Below are positions 37,364 to 46,367 of a stretch of 64,000 nucleotides of DNA, one piece after another. The notes beneath the pieces were generated by a model that did no database searches, had not been told where the DNA came from, and saw only the letters and a program-made list of their open reading frames with translations. The DNA comes from Terriglobia bacterium. Its GTDB lineage: Bacteria > Acidobacteriota > Terriglobia > 20CM-2-55-15. The stretch spans positions 416,001-480,000 of the forward strand of contig CBDAOY010000004.1 of NCBI GenBank assembly GCA_965198225.1. Reading direction: 5' to 3'. Position numbers and translations under genes: made by a program. Position 1 is the first letter of the stretch; the number at the start of each line of letters is the position of its first letter.

Positions 37364-37384
37364 CTCTCAAGAAACGAAGATCGT

Positions 37385-37831
37385 CTACGGATTCGGCTTC
37401 GGTGTGATCTTGCCCGGAGCCGGTCGGTCGACCTTGGGGACTACTTCGAGCCCTTCACTCTTCCAGTCGCGGATACCGCAGAACTGGCCGGCGTTGTAGC
37501 CGGCATCGGCAAACTTTTTAGCAGCGCGCGACGCGCGCCCACCGCCAGCTCAGTAGAAAACCAGTTCGATATCCTTCGGGAGATCCGCCATACGGGCGTC
37601 CAGATCGCCCATGGGAATGTGGATGGCGCCTTTGATCGCACCGTGCTCCTCGAGTTCGTTGTCTTCGCGGACATCGATCAACAGGAACGTCTCGCCGCTG
37701 TCGAGTTTCTTCTTCAGCTCGGAAATGACGATGCGTTCCGTGTCCGATTGCTGGGCCGTCGCAGCGGCACCAAGGCCGACCACGAGTAAGCCCGCCGCGA
37801 CGACGAACGCTAACAGTCGCTTGTGGGACAT
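37385..37831 (-). CDS. Exported rhodanese-domain protein, probable selenoprotein (UGA at codon 94)
   Basis: GGAGGAAGG RBS; signal peptide; IDVRE..HGAIKGAIHIP..LVFY-TGA-AGGGRASRAAKKFADAGY..GIRDWKSEG; frame open to TAG 37385. Confidence 0.85.
37520..37549 (-). promoter_or_regulatory. Putative bacterial SECIS hairpin
   Basis: After UGA: GCUGGCGGUGG-GCGCGC-GUC-GCGCGC-UGCU; apical G 18 nt downstream of the UGA. Confidence 0.6.
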
Positions 37832-37939
37832 CCTTCCTCCTGTTGGGGTCATGGAACCGGGGATGGCCGGTCCAGTTGGGATACTACCCCCGGGATCGGG
37901 CGGGTTCAACACTTTGTTGCTACTTCCCTGCGCACGGGC

Positions 37940-38779
37940 TCAATCTGCGTCCGGAGCCGGCGTCACGAAGAAATTCTGGCGGTGGCAGCCGCGGCAACGG
38001 TAGATCGGCAGGCCGAAGCGGCGGGAGATCAGGCCGTCCGTTGCCAGCTCGGAGGCGGCGTTTCCCGAACCGCAGTTCCAACAGACGTTGAAACAGGACT
38101 TGATCGGTCGCATGTCGACCGGGCCGCGGGAAAAGACCAGACCCCAGCCGTAGAGACTTGCGTTCGAGCCGAGTATCTTGTCGACGAAGCGTGTGACCAG
38201 GTTCACGCCCGTTATCCAGAACGTGCTCAACCGTTCGGGGACGTCGGCGAGGTATTCGGCAGTCTCCGGGAAATGGATGAGTTGTTCCGATGTCGGGATC
38301 TTCAGGTAGACGAACCCGCTGTAGAGCCGGATGGCCTGGACAAGTTCAGCCCCGGTCCGATCGACAACCTCGGAGACCAGCCGGTCTCGGCGGAACTGAT
38401 TGACGTGCCCCCCGCCCGAGAAGATGTGGCGGAAAAGCGTGTCGTCGAAGCTGTAACCGTCGGGAACAGCGATCCAGAGCACGCCCTCCGGGCTCAGGAC
38501 CCTTCCGATCTCGGCGAGCGTGCTCTCGTAGCCGGGGAAATGTTCGAGAGTGTGGTGGCAGAAGACCAGGTCGACCGACCCGTCTGCGAGCGGGATCTCT
38601 TCTGCCAGCGAGCGAACGTAGTGAACTCGACCGGCCTCTTTGTACAGCTCTTTCGGGTCCAGATGGAGATCCATGCCCACGATCCGAAAGGCATACCGCG
38701 AGTAGTCGAAACTACCCGGACCACATCCCAGGTCCAGGGCGGTGTCACACGGTCGGAGTGTTTCGAGGATCTCGTCCAT
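37940..38779 (-). CDS. Class I SAM-dependent methyltransferase with C-terminal zinc ribbon
   Basis: ALDLGCGPG, DGSVDLVFCHHTLEHF, RVLSPEG; CWNC...CRGC. Confidence 0.85.
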   Translation of the reverse strand: MDEILETLRPCDTALDLGCGPGSFDYSRYAFRIVGMDLHLDPKELYKEAGRVHYVRSLAEEIPLADGSVDLVFCHHTLEHFPGYESTLAEIGRVLSPEGVLWIAVPDGYSFDDTLFRHIFSGGGHVNQFRRDRLVSEVVDRTGAELVQAIRLYSGFVYLKIPTSEQLIHFPETAEYLADVPERLSTFWITGVNLVTRFVDKILGSNASLYGWGLVFSRGPVDMRPIKSCFNVCWNCGSGNAASELATDGLISRRFGLPIYRCRGCHRQNFFVTPAPDAD

Positions 38780-38872
38780 CAGCTTCGGTGGAACTCGACA
38801 TGTTAGGACGAAAACCGGAAGGCACCTAGACCGCATTTCTCACCGAAATACGCCACAATCATCGAAGCGTCT

Positions 38873-39036
38873 GAATTCGGGGACGGAGACCGAATTGGAG
38901 TGAGGATTGAGATCAGGGACGGAGACCGAATTCTTGGGAACCGAAAAACAATGGTTTGATAGTCCGGGTAATTCGGTCTCCGTCCCCGATCTCCTCCGAT
39001 CTCCTCGGTTTTTCGAATTCGGTCTCCGTCCCCGAA
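38873..39036. repeat. Four-unit inverted repeat array (GGGACGGAGACCGAATT twice, then its reverse complement twice)
   Basis: Units near 38879 and 38916 on the plus strand, and near 38970 and 39016 inverted. Confidence 0.8.
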
Positions 39037-39184
39037 CATTCGTGAGCAATGCGGGATAGACGGGTCCTGAAACCGGAATAACTGTCATTAACCTAAATAT
39101 TGCAAGAAACGCTAAATTTGCGCTATGCTGTCGCTCTCTCTTCGGAACATTGGATTGCTCGAAACGAAGCTAAGGAACCCCTTG

Positions 39185-39637
39185 ATGAGCGAGCGGCCTC
39201 GACAACTGGCCATCCTCCTGGTAGACGATGACCCTGACGTCCTGGAGATCACGGGCCAGATGCTGGCTCAATTGGGCTACGCCACGATCACGACCAGCGA
39301 CCCGGGCGACGCAGCCGAGATTCTGCGCGATACCTGGACTCAAATCGACGCGTTGGTCACCGATTTCTGCATGGAACGGACCAATGGTGCCGACCTGGCA
39401 CGGCGGGCTTTTCGTTCGCGTCCGGATCTCCGGACACTATTCGTTTCGGGCGATCCCTGCTCTGTGACCCGTTTCCGCAGCGGTGATCCCTTCCTGCAGA
39501 AACCCTTCACCATGGCCGAACTCCGGCAGTCGCTCGACGACCTGTTCGGTTCCTCGGAGCCGATTTTCCGCCCGCAACTGGTCGAATCGCGACCCTGGCT
39601 TGCGGGGGAGCGGCGAGTCCACTCCGTACCGACCTAA
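39185..39637 (+). CDS. Single-domain response regulator
   Basis: ILLVDDD, LVTDFCM, LFVSG, FLQKPF. Confidence 0.88.
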   Translation: MSERPRQLAILLVDDDPDVLEITGQMLAQLGYATITTSDPGDAAEILRDTWTQIDALVTDFCMERTNGADLARRAFRSRPDLRTLFVSGDPCSVTRFRSGDPFLQKPFTMAELRQSLDDLFGSSEPIFRPQLVESRPWLAGERRVHSVPT

Positions 39638-39647
39638 GAAAACTGGA

Positions 39648-39846
39648 AATTCGAGATCGGAGATTGGAGATCTCAGATTGGTTGGTGCGCTTGCTTCCAA
39701 GGCGGATTCTCTAAAAGAAGAATCTGCATAAGAGGTGAGTCGGGTTGGAAGGAGGTCATCTCAGATTGTGCCTGACGTGACCTCGAAGCTTTGAGGATGG
39801 CGCGAGGCCTTCAATTTCCGAGTCTCCAATCTCCGATCTCGAATCT
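39648..39846. repeat. Heptamer-built inverted repeat between convergent genes
   Basis: ATTCGAGATCGGAGATTGGAGA ... TCTCCAATCTCCGATCTCGAAT, a 22-bp perfect inverted repeat. Confidence 0.7.
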
Positions 39847-39852
39847 GCGCCT

Positions 39853-40374
39853 CTATTGCCCCGCCTTCTTGAACGGCTGGCTGAACAACTGAACGGCTTC
39901 GAGGTCTCCAACGACTTCCCGGAATGCGGCCAGGTCCAGGACGGTTCGATCCATCGCGACCCGGGTCACCTTCAGTCGCGCCCGCGACAACATATTGACC
40001 AGTTGCCGAATGGAGGCCACGGTGATGTCCGATGGAGGGGCAACGGGGGGATCCGGCTGCGGATTTGCCTCCACACCGAGGTAGTCGATGATGCGGTCGA
40101 TGCGCTTATCGATCTCTCGACCTCCTTCCCGGACGGTTCTGAACTCCCCCGAGTCCAGGGGCTCGTTCAGATCTGCCAGTTCATCGGCGATTTCGGACAG
40201 GGTCTTCAGGTCCTCTTCGAACTTCCTACGCTGCGCGGCCTCGTATGCCCTCCGATTCCTCTCCGCTTCCCGGATGATTGCCCCCGGCCGCCTGGTTTGC
40301 GCCGTCAGAGACGGCGTCGAGGCGACGGAGCCTGCTAGCACGACCGTGAGCGCGATGGAAATCCTCTGAACCAT
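39853..40374 (-). CDS. Hypothetical exported helical protein
   Basis: Signal peptide and helical composition. Confidence 0.6.
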   Translation of the reverse strand: MVQRISIALTVVLAGSVASTPSLTAQTRRPGAIIREAERNRRAYEAAQRRKFEEDLKTLSEIADELADLNEPLDSGEFRTVREGGREIDKRIDRIIDYLGVEANPQPDPPVAPPSDITVASIRQLVNMLSRARLKVTRVAMDRTVLDLAAFREVVGDLEAVQLFSQPFKKAGQ

Positions 40375-40514
40375 TGACTGCCTGTGGGACGGGTAGCTCG
40401 TTCTATGGATAGTTTAGATCGACAACGCCCCAAAAAGTTACAGTTCTTGGCCCTGATCGGGATTTCCGCAAGGCGGATCTGTTGAACGCCGCGCTACGGA
40501 GGCAGCGGAAAGCG

Positions 40515-40652
40515 ATGGGAGACTTTCTTCAGGACATTCGATACGGGTTGCGGGTTCTCGCGAAGCACTCTGGATTTACCACCGCTGCGGTCCCGACCTT
40601 GGAAGCTTTGCCGCCTGTGCCCTCCTGCTGGCGGCGGTCGGCGTTGTCTATG
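40515..40652 (+). pseudogene. Very short ADOP permease remnant
   Basis: GGAGG upstream; MGDFLQDIRYGLRVLAKHSGFTTAAV followed in another frame by LGSFAACALLLAAVGV. Confidence 0.65.
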
Positions 40653-40698
40653 ACCTCACATTGTTCGAACCCAGACAACGTTCACTCATAGAGCGTAC

Positions 40699-41544
40699 CT
40701 ACAGTTTTTCTTCGTGTTCGGTCAGCCCCACGAAAAAGCCGCGATGGAGCGGCCCCGTCTTGCCGTCTTCCAGGTCCGCTTCCCGGGCGATTCGAATTCG
40801 GGCGTCGAGCAGATTGTCCGGCGTGAGCTCCAGACCCGGCGCCAGCGTGATTGCCGTGAGGTCTTCTCCCTGGTTCTGTCGCGGAGCGTGCTCCCTCAGT
40901 CCCTTGCACTGGTAGCAGACCCCGGTTTTGTTGATCAGTTGACAGAGGCCTTCGTAGGCGGCACACATCCGGGAGCGGGCGTAGCTCAAACGGTGCCGGA
41001 AAACCGACTCCGTCACATCCAGGATCTCCGCAGCTTCACGCGAGGTGAAACCCAGGACCTCCCGTAGCATCAGCGCGGCCTGTTCCTCCGGTTCGAGGGT
41101 CCGACCGACACAGGACAGACAGAACGCGACATGCTCGCGGATCTCGAACACGAAATCGGGTCGTGACATCAAACCACCGAGTTGTTCAAGGGTATCCGGG
41201 TCGGCGTCCGCACGTTTCTCACCTTCCAGTTGGGCTTCTACTCGCCACCGTTTTTTCCGTCGAAGGTGGTCCAGGCAAACGTGCGTCGCAATCCCGAAGA
41301 GCCAGGTCTTGAACCGGCTATTCCCCTGGAATCCTGACAGGGACCGGAAGGCCCGGGTGACGGCCTCCTGTGTGAGGTCTTCGGCGTCCTGCGGATGCGT
41401 CACCATCCGATAGACGTAGCCGAACAGCGCGCCCCTCCAGGGCTCGACGAGTTCTCCAAACGCCGCGTTATCGCCCTCTTGTGCTGCGCCGACGAGACGG
41501 CGCTCCTGCCCTTCTTCGATCTGCGGAAGCGGATGAACCGCCAT
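40699..41544 (-). CDS. ECF sigma-70 factor with Cys-rich C-terminal extension
   Basis: GDNAAFGELV, DAEDLTQEA, FKTWLFGIATH, region 4 EAAEIL..RLSYAR; CQLINKTGVCYQC. Confidence 0.88.
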   Translation of the reverse strand: MAVHPLPQIEEGQERRLVGAAQEGDNAAFGELVEPWRGALFGYVYRMVTHPQDAEDLTQEAVTRAFRSLSGFQGNSRFKTWLFGIATHVCLDHLRRKKRWRVEAQLEGEKRADADPDTLEQLGGLMSRPDFVFEIREHVAFCLSCVGRTLEPEEQAALMLREVLGFTSREAAEILDVTESVFRHRLSYARSRMCAAYEGLCQLINKTGVCYQCKGLREHAPRQNQGEDLTAITLAPGLELTPDNLLDARIRIAREADLEDGKTGPLHRGFFVGLTEHEEKL

Positions 41545-41587
41545 TTGTGACCTCCACGTCTAGCGAAACGTCCGCGAGAGAACAAAC

Positions 41588-41810
41588 GTGAGGGGGACAG
41601 GGCTTGCCCTGTCCCCGGGGGTTCGCTTCCGCAGAAACGTCGGTGATCGAACGACAGGGGCCTAGCCCTGTCCCCGCCTGTTCGCTTCAACCGAAACGTA
41701 GATTAACGAAACAACCTATCCCTTGGTTCCGACTCGTCAATCCCCTGGCAGTCGGCTTCCGCAGACAAGTGGCTGATCGAACGACAGGGCCTGGCCCTGT
41801 CAACCTACTT
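41588..41810. repeat. Cluster of three GACAGGG..CCCTGTC palindromes
   Basis: Palindromes at ~41593, ~41653 and ~41783; GCTTCCGCAGA..TGATCGAACGACAGGG occurs twice. Confidence 0.75.
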
Positions 41811-42155
41811 CATCATCTCCTGCACCAGCTGCAACGGGTTGCCGAACGGGTCCCGGAAGGATGCGATCCGCACGACGCCAGGGATTTCTTCGGTATCGCC
41901 TTCAAAAGGGACACCCTTTTCCTCGAGCCCCGCGCGAGTTTCGTCCACGTTGCCCACCCGCAGGACTACTGTCGCTCCCTTCTGGTCCCGGTGGATCGGG
42001 TTGGCCGAGACGGCGATCGATACGGCGTCCGGCGCGTGCGAGAATTCGGACCATCCTTCCATCTCAAAGACCTGTTTCAATCCCAGAACGTTTGCGTAAA
42101 ACTCCTTCGCCTTTTCCATGTCTGCTGCCGGATACCAAGCCAGTCGAATCTGCAT
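41805..42155 (-). CDS. VOC/glyoxalase family protein
   Basis: AGGAGG RBS; DMEKAKEFYANVLGL; FRDPFGNPLQL. Confidence 0.88.
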   Translation of the reverse strand: MQIRLAWYPAADMEKAKEFYANVLGLKQVFEMEGWSEFSHAPDAVSIAVSANPIHRDQKGATVVLRVGNVDETRAGLEEKGVPFEGDTEEIPGVVRIASFRDPFGNPLQLVQEMMK

Positions 42156-42307
42156 GATGTTCCTCCTTTGAGTGTTCAAGTTTCAAAGGCGTAGTCGAGC
42201 AAGGTCGGTCAATCCGCCAAAGAGCATGGATTGAACGGGTTGAAGGTTCTGGCGGCTCGAGCCGGCATTGGATAAGATACCGGAACTCGAATTCCGGAGG
42301 TGCTGGT

Positions 42308-44170
42308 ATGCCCGTTCTGAGACCTGGTTTGATCGTCATTGTGGTTCTTGCCTGGAACATCGTCACGACCGCCCAGGAACCTTTCGAGGTATGGGAAGCG
42401 ACGATCCCCGAGTTGCAGGAGGCGATGGCGAGCGGTCGCGTGACGAGCGCTGAGCTCGTCGATGCCTACGTCGCACGGATCCAGGCCTATGATCATCAGG
42501 GCCCGCGGCTGAACGCCATCATCCGGATCAACCCGCTCGCCCGCGCGGCGGCCGAGGCACTGGATCGGGAGCGTGCCGAGAACGGCCAGCGGGGTCCGTT
42601 GCACGGCATCCCGATCATCCTCAAGGACAACTACGACACCGGCGACATGCCGACGACGGCGGGATCGATTGCGCTTGCGGGATCCGTGCCGCCCGACGAC
42701 GGGTTCCAGGTTCGCAAGCTACGCGAGGCCGGAGCCGTCATCATTGCCAAAGCCAATATGCACGAGCTGGCTCGTGGGATTACAACGATCAGTTCGCTGG
42801 GAGGACAGACACGAAACCCCTACGATCCCTCGCGGAATCCGGGAGGATCCAGTGGCGGTACCGGGGCGGCGATCGCCGCCAGCTTCGCCGCCATCGGTAT
42901 GGGAAGCGATACCTGCGGGTCGATCCGAATTCCCTCCGCACACCACAGTCTGGTCGGTCTCCGTCCGACGAAAGGACTCTCGAGCATCGATGGAATCATT
43001 CCGCTCTCCCACACCCAGGATACGGGCGGTCCGCTGGCGCGGACGGTTATCGACCTCGCTATCGTCCTCGATGCGACCGTGGGCGTGGACTCCGCGGATG
43101 AGGCGACGCGGATCCTGGAGGGACGGGTTCTGGAGCGGTTTACCGATTCGCTGGACACGAGCGCGCTGCTCGGGGCGCGCATCGGCATCCTGACGGACCT
43201 GGTCGGCAGCTCGACCGAGGATCAGGAGGTTGCCCGGATCGTTCGGGCGGCGATCGAGGAGATGGAGGAATTGGGCGCGACGGCTGTGGAGATCACGATT
43301 CCGGACTTTACCGAGTTGATCCAGGGGGTGGGAGTCATCAACCTCGAGTTTGGCAGGGACCTTTTCGACTATCTCGCCGCAACACCCTCCACGAGGGTGA
43401 ACTCGGTGGCCGACATTGTCGAAACGGGTCTCCATCACAGAGCGCTCGAGAATTCGCTCCGCAACAACTCCCCCATGGAAATCGACACCGAAGACTACGA
43501 AGCCCGCCTGGAGCGACGTACGACCGTGCGGAACACGGTCGTCGGCATTCTCGACGACCATCTGCTCGACGCCCTCGCTTACCCCACCCTCCGCCGCAAA
43601 CCGGCGCGCATCGGCGAGCCCCAACGGGGATCGACGTGCCAGTTGAGCGCCGTTTCCGGCCTGCCTGCATTGACTGTTCCCGCCGGGTTCACTGACGACG
43701 GCCTGCCGGTGGGTGTGGAACTGCTGGGGCGCACGCTCGATGACGCCAGGCTCGTTTCGCTCGGGTACGCGTTCGAACAGGGGACTCACCATCGGCGCCC
43801 GCCGGTGCTGACACCGCCGCTTTCGGCCGAAGCCGACCCCCCTACGGTCCGCTTCGGCGTTCGAGGGGACAACTTCGAGGCTGAATTCACGTTGGATCTG
43901 GTCCGGAACCTCATGGAGTATGACCTGTCGGTCGGGGTTGCCGTCCCCGAAGATCTATATGCCGTCGCCCTGCATCGCCGAGGTGAGTCGGGCGACGGGC
44001 CGGTCATCCAGCAGCTTACCGGGCCTGGCCGCTTGCAGGCGGCGGGCACGTTCACGCTGTCGCGGGCCGATCGGGAGGCACTCGAAGAAGGGCGGTTGTA
44101 CCTGCGTGCCTACACGAAGAACGAGACGATGGGCGGCCGGGCATTGCCGCTGGCGCTGCCGGCTCGCTGA
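42308..44170 (+). CDS. Exported amidase-signature enzyme with C-terminal CHRD-like domain
   Basis: GPLHGIPIILKDN, PGGSSGG, GSDTCGSIRIP; C-terminal ALHR..GPVI..GRLYLRAYT. Confidence 0.88.
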   Translation: MPVLRPGLIVIVVLAWNIVTTAQEPFEVWEATIPELQEAMASGRVTSAELVDAYVARIQAYDHQGPRLNAIIRINPLARAAAEALDRERAENGQRGPLHGIPIILKDNYDTGDMPTTAGSIALAGSVPPDDGFQVRKLREAGAVIIAKANMHELARGITTISSLGGQTRNPYDPSRNPGGSSGGTGAAIAASFAAIGMGSDTCGSIRIPSAHHSLVGLRPTKGLSSIDGIIPLSHTQDTGGPLARTVIDLAIVLDATVGVDSADEATRILEGRVLERFTDSLDTSALLGARIGILTDLVGSSTEDQEVARIVRAAIEEMEELGATAVEITIPDFTELIQGVGVINLEFGRDLFDYLAATPSTRVNSVADIVETGLHHRALENSLRNNSPMEIDTEDYEARLERRTTVRNTVVGILDDHLLDALAYPTLRRKPARIGEPQRGSTCQLSAVSGLPALTVPAGFTDDGLPVGVELLGRTLDDARLVSLGYAFEQGTHHRRPPVLTPPLSAEADPPTVRFGVRGDNFEAEFTLDLVRNLMEYDLSVGVAVPEDLYAVALHRRGESGDGPVIQQLTGPGRLQAAGTFTLSRADREALEEGRLYLRAYTKNETMGGRALPLALPAR

Positions 44171-44215
44171 GAGTTCCTTACGCAGAGGCGCCGTCCTTTC
44201 ACTGGAGCAACGATC

Positions 44216-44890
44216 TTGAAAATCGCCCATGTCGACGCTCGCGACGGATACGACCTTTGGGCGGGTACCTACGATCAGACCGACAACCCCCTGGTTGCCC
44301 TCGATCGCCGACATACGCTCGACCTGCTCAACCCCCGGCCGGGGCAGCGCATTCTCGATGCCGGTTGCGGTACGGGCTATTACCTGAGTCGGATCGATAG
44401 TGCCGGAGCCTGGGCCCTGGGTTTGGATTTTTCACCGGGAATGCTGAAGGTTGCCCGGAGTCGCTTGCCCCGGATTCCGCTCGTTCAGACGGATCTCGAC
44501 GGCGGGCTGCCCGTCGGGCCGCGCCGATTCGACGCCGTCCTTTGCGCCCTCGTCAGCGAACACCTCACCAACCTTCCTTTGACTTTCGCCGAGTTTTCGA
44601 GAGTACTTCGACCGGGAGGCCGACTCGTCTTCTCGGCCTTCCACCCCGATATGGCAGCCGCCGGAATCGAGGCGAACTTCGAAATTGAAGGTGTCGAGCA
44701 CCGGCTCGGAGCGGAGCGGCACACAGTGGAGGACTACCTCGACCGTCTTTCCGAAAGCGGCTTCCGTATTCGGAGCCGGCAGGTGTTTCGCGGAGACCTG
44801 GAACTGGCGCGCGAGATCGGTTGGGCGGAGAAGTATCGAGGCAGGCCGCTGCTCTTGTTGATCGAAGCTACTTCCGACTCCGGGCACTGA
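44216..44890 (+). CDS. Class I SAM-dependent methyltransferase
   Basis: GYDLWAGTYD, ILDAGCGTG, RVLRPGGRLV. Confidence 0.88.
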   Translation: MKIAHVDARDGYDLWAGTYDQTDNPLVALDRRHTLDLLNPRPGQRILDAGCGTGYYLSRIDSAGAWALGLDFSPGMLKVARSRLPRIPLVQTDLDGGLPVGPRRFDAVLCALVSEHLTNLPLTFAEFSRVLRPGGRLVFSAFHPDMAAAGIEANFEIEGVEHRLGAERHTVEDYLDRLSESGFRIRSRQVFRGDLELAREIGWAEKYRGRPLLLLIEATSDSGH

Positions 44891-44984
44891 CCGCGACCTA
44901 AGGCAGGCAGCAGAAAGGGCATCACTTGGCGATGAGGATCGCGCCCTTCGGGCACTCTTACAGGCCACTACTGGCCGGAACCCT

Positions 44985-46367
44985 CTACCTCCAGTCCGTG
45001 CCCGCTTTCGCAGCTTTGCTCTTGGCCCCAGTGTAAACGGTGAAGTGTTTCCAGCGCCGGTTGGTCTGGAACTGTTCCTTGAAGAAAAACTGATCCTCGA
45101 ATGCCGGTTTCAGATCGTCGATCCAGACCGCCGCCTCGTCATACTTCGCGAAGAATACACGGTTCGTCCAGTGCGGATCCCGACCCTGGATGAACTTCAG
45201 CACGAACACCTTCTGCCCGTTGATCTCGGTGATGCCGTCGATCAACACCTTTCCCGGCGTGCAGGACATCGATGGTCCCCGCACGGTCCGGCCCAGACCG
45301 GAAACCTGGCGGACAGCGCGAGTGAAGATGTCGAACGCGCGGTGGAGTGGCACCCCGAAGTACTGTTTCGGCCCGGTATCCCGCTCGACGAACATGTAGT
45401 AGGGGATGATTCCCAGATCGACCTGCTTCTGCCACATCGCCGCCCAGACGTCGGCGTTGTCGTTGACGTTGCGGATCAGCGGGGCCTGCGCACGGATCGT
45501 CGCGCCGGTGGCCTGGATGCGCCTCACCGCAGCTTCGGAAACCGGCGTCCGCAATTCCCGAGGGAGGCTGTAGTGGGCCATGAAGGCGAGGTGTTTTCCC
45601 GCCGCCAGAACCTCCTCGAAGAGCCGTAGCATGTCGTCGGCGTCGGCGTCGGTCGTGAACCGGTATGGCCACCAGGCCAGGGCCTTCGTCCCGATTCGAA
45701 TGCTCTTGAGGGTCTCGATCTTGAGCAGCGGCTTGATGTAGCGGCGGAGGACGCTGGTTCGCATGATCATCGGATCGCCGCCGGTGAACAGAACATCGCG
45801 GACTTCGGGGTTCTTGTTCAGGTATCGAACCAGGGAGGCACTTTCGTTGTTGGCGAACTTCAGTTCGTCCATGCCCACGAACTGGGCCCAACGGAAGCAA
45901 TAAGTGCAATAGGCGTGGCAGGTCTGACCCTGACTGGGGAAAAACAGGATGGTCTCGCGGTACTTGTGCTGGACCCCGGCCTGGGGGTGTCCATCCACGA
46001 CCGGCACGTTCAGATCCATCTGGCCGGCCGGATGCGGGTTCATGCCCAGGCGAATATCCTGCACCGCCTTGTCGATTTCCTCTTCGGGGGCGTCCCGTTC
46101 CAGTAACCCGTCGATGCGCTCGAAGTCTTCTTCCGCCAGCATCCCCTCCTGTGGAAAAGTGAGCTGGAACATCGGATCGACCGGAATGTTGTCCCAGTCG
46201 ATGAGTTCTTCGACGACATAGTTGTTGACCCGGAATGGAAGCACTTTCGACACCGCGGTAATGGCTGTGCGCTGCTCGGAGGTCAGAGTCTTGAATTGTG
46301 GAATCTGGTTGATGTTCTTGGTGGTGAACGCGCGGTACTTGTTCGGCTTCGCACTCCGTTCTTTCAT
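44985..46367 (-). CDS. KamA-family radical SAM protein (lysine 2,3-aminomutase-like)
   Basis: QHKYRET, CHAYCTYCFR, DVLFTGGDP, IRIGTK, PYYMF, PGKV (candidate PLP lysine). Confidence 0.88.
   Translation of the reverse strand: MKERSAKPNKYRAFTTKNINQIPQFKTLTSEQRTAITAVSKVLPFRVNNYVVEELIDWDNIPVDPMFQLTFPQEGMLAEEDFERIDGLLERDAPEEEIDKAVQDIRLGMNPHPAGQMDLNVPVVDGHPQAGVQHKYRETILFFPSQGQTCHAYCTYCFRWAQFVGMDELKFANNESASLVRYLNKNPEVRDVLFTGGDPMIMRTSVLRRYIKPLLKIETLKSIRIGTKALAWWPYRFTTDADADDMLRLFEEVLAAGKHLAFMAHYSLPRELRTPVSEAAVRRIQATGATIRAQAPLIRNVNDNADVWAAMWQKQVDLGIIPYYMFVERDTGPKQYFGVPLHRAFDIFTRAVRQVSGLGRTVRGPSMSCTPGKVLIDGITEINGQKVFVLKFIQGRDPHWTNRVFFAKYDEAAVWIDDLKPAFEDQFFFKEQFQTNRRWKHFTVYTGAKSKAAKAGTDWR

Noticed and set aside
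38873-39036. Possible mini-CRISPR
   Set aside because: Two direct and two inverted units, with no cas genes.
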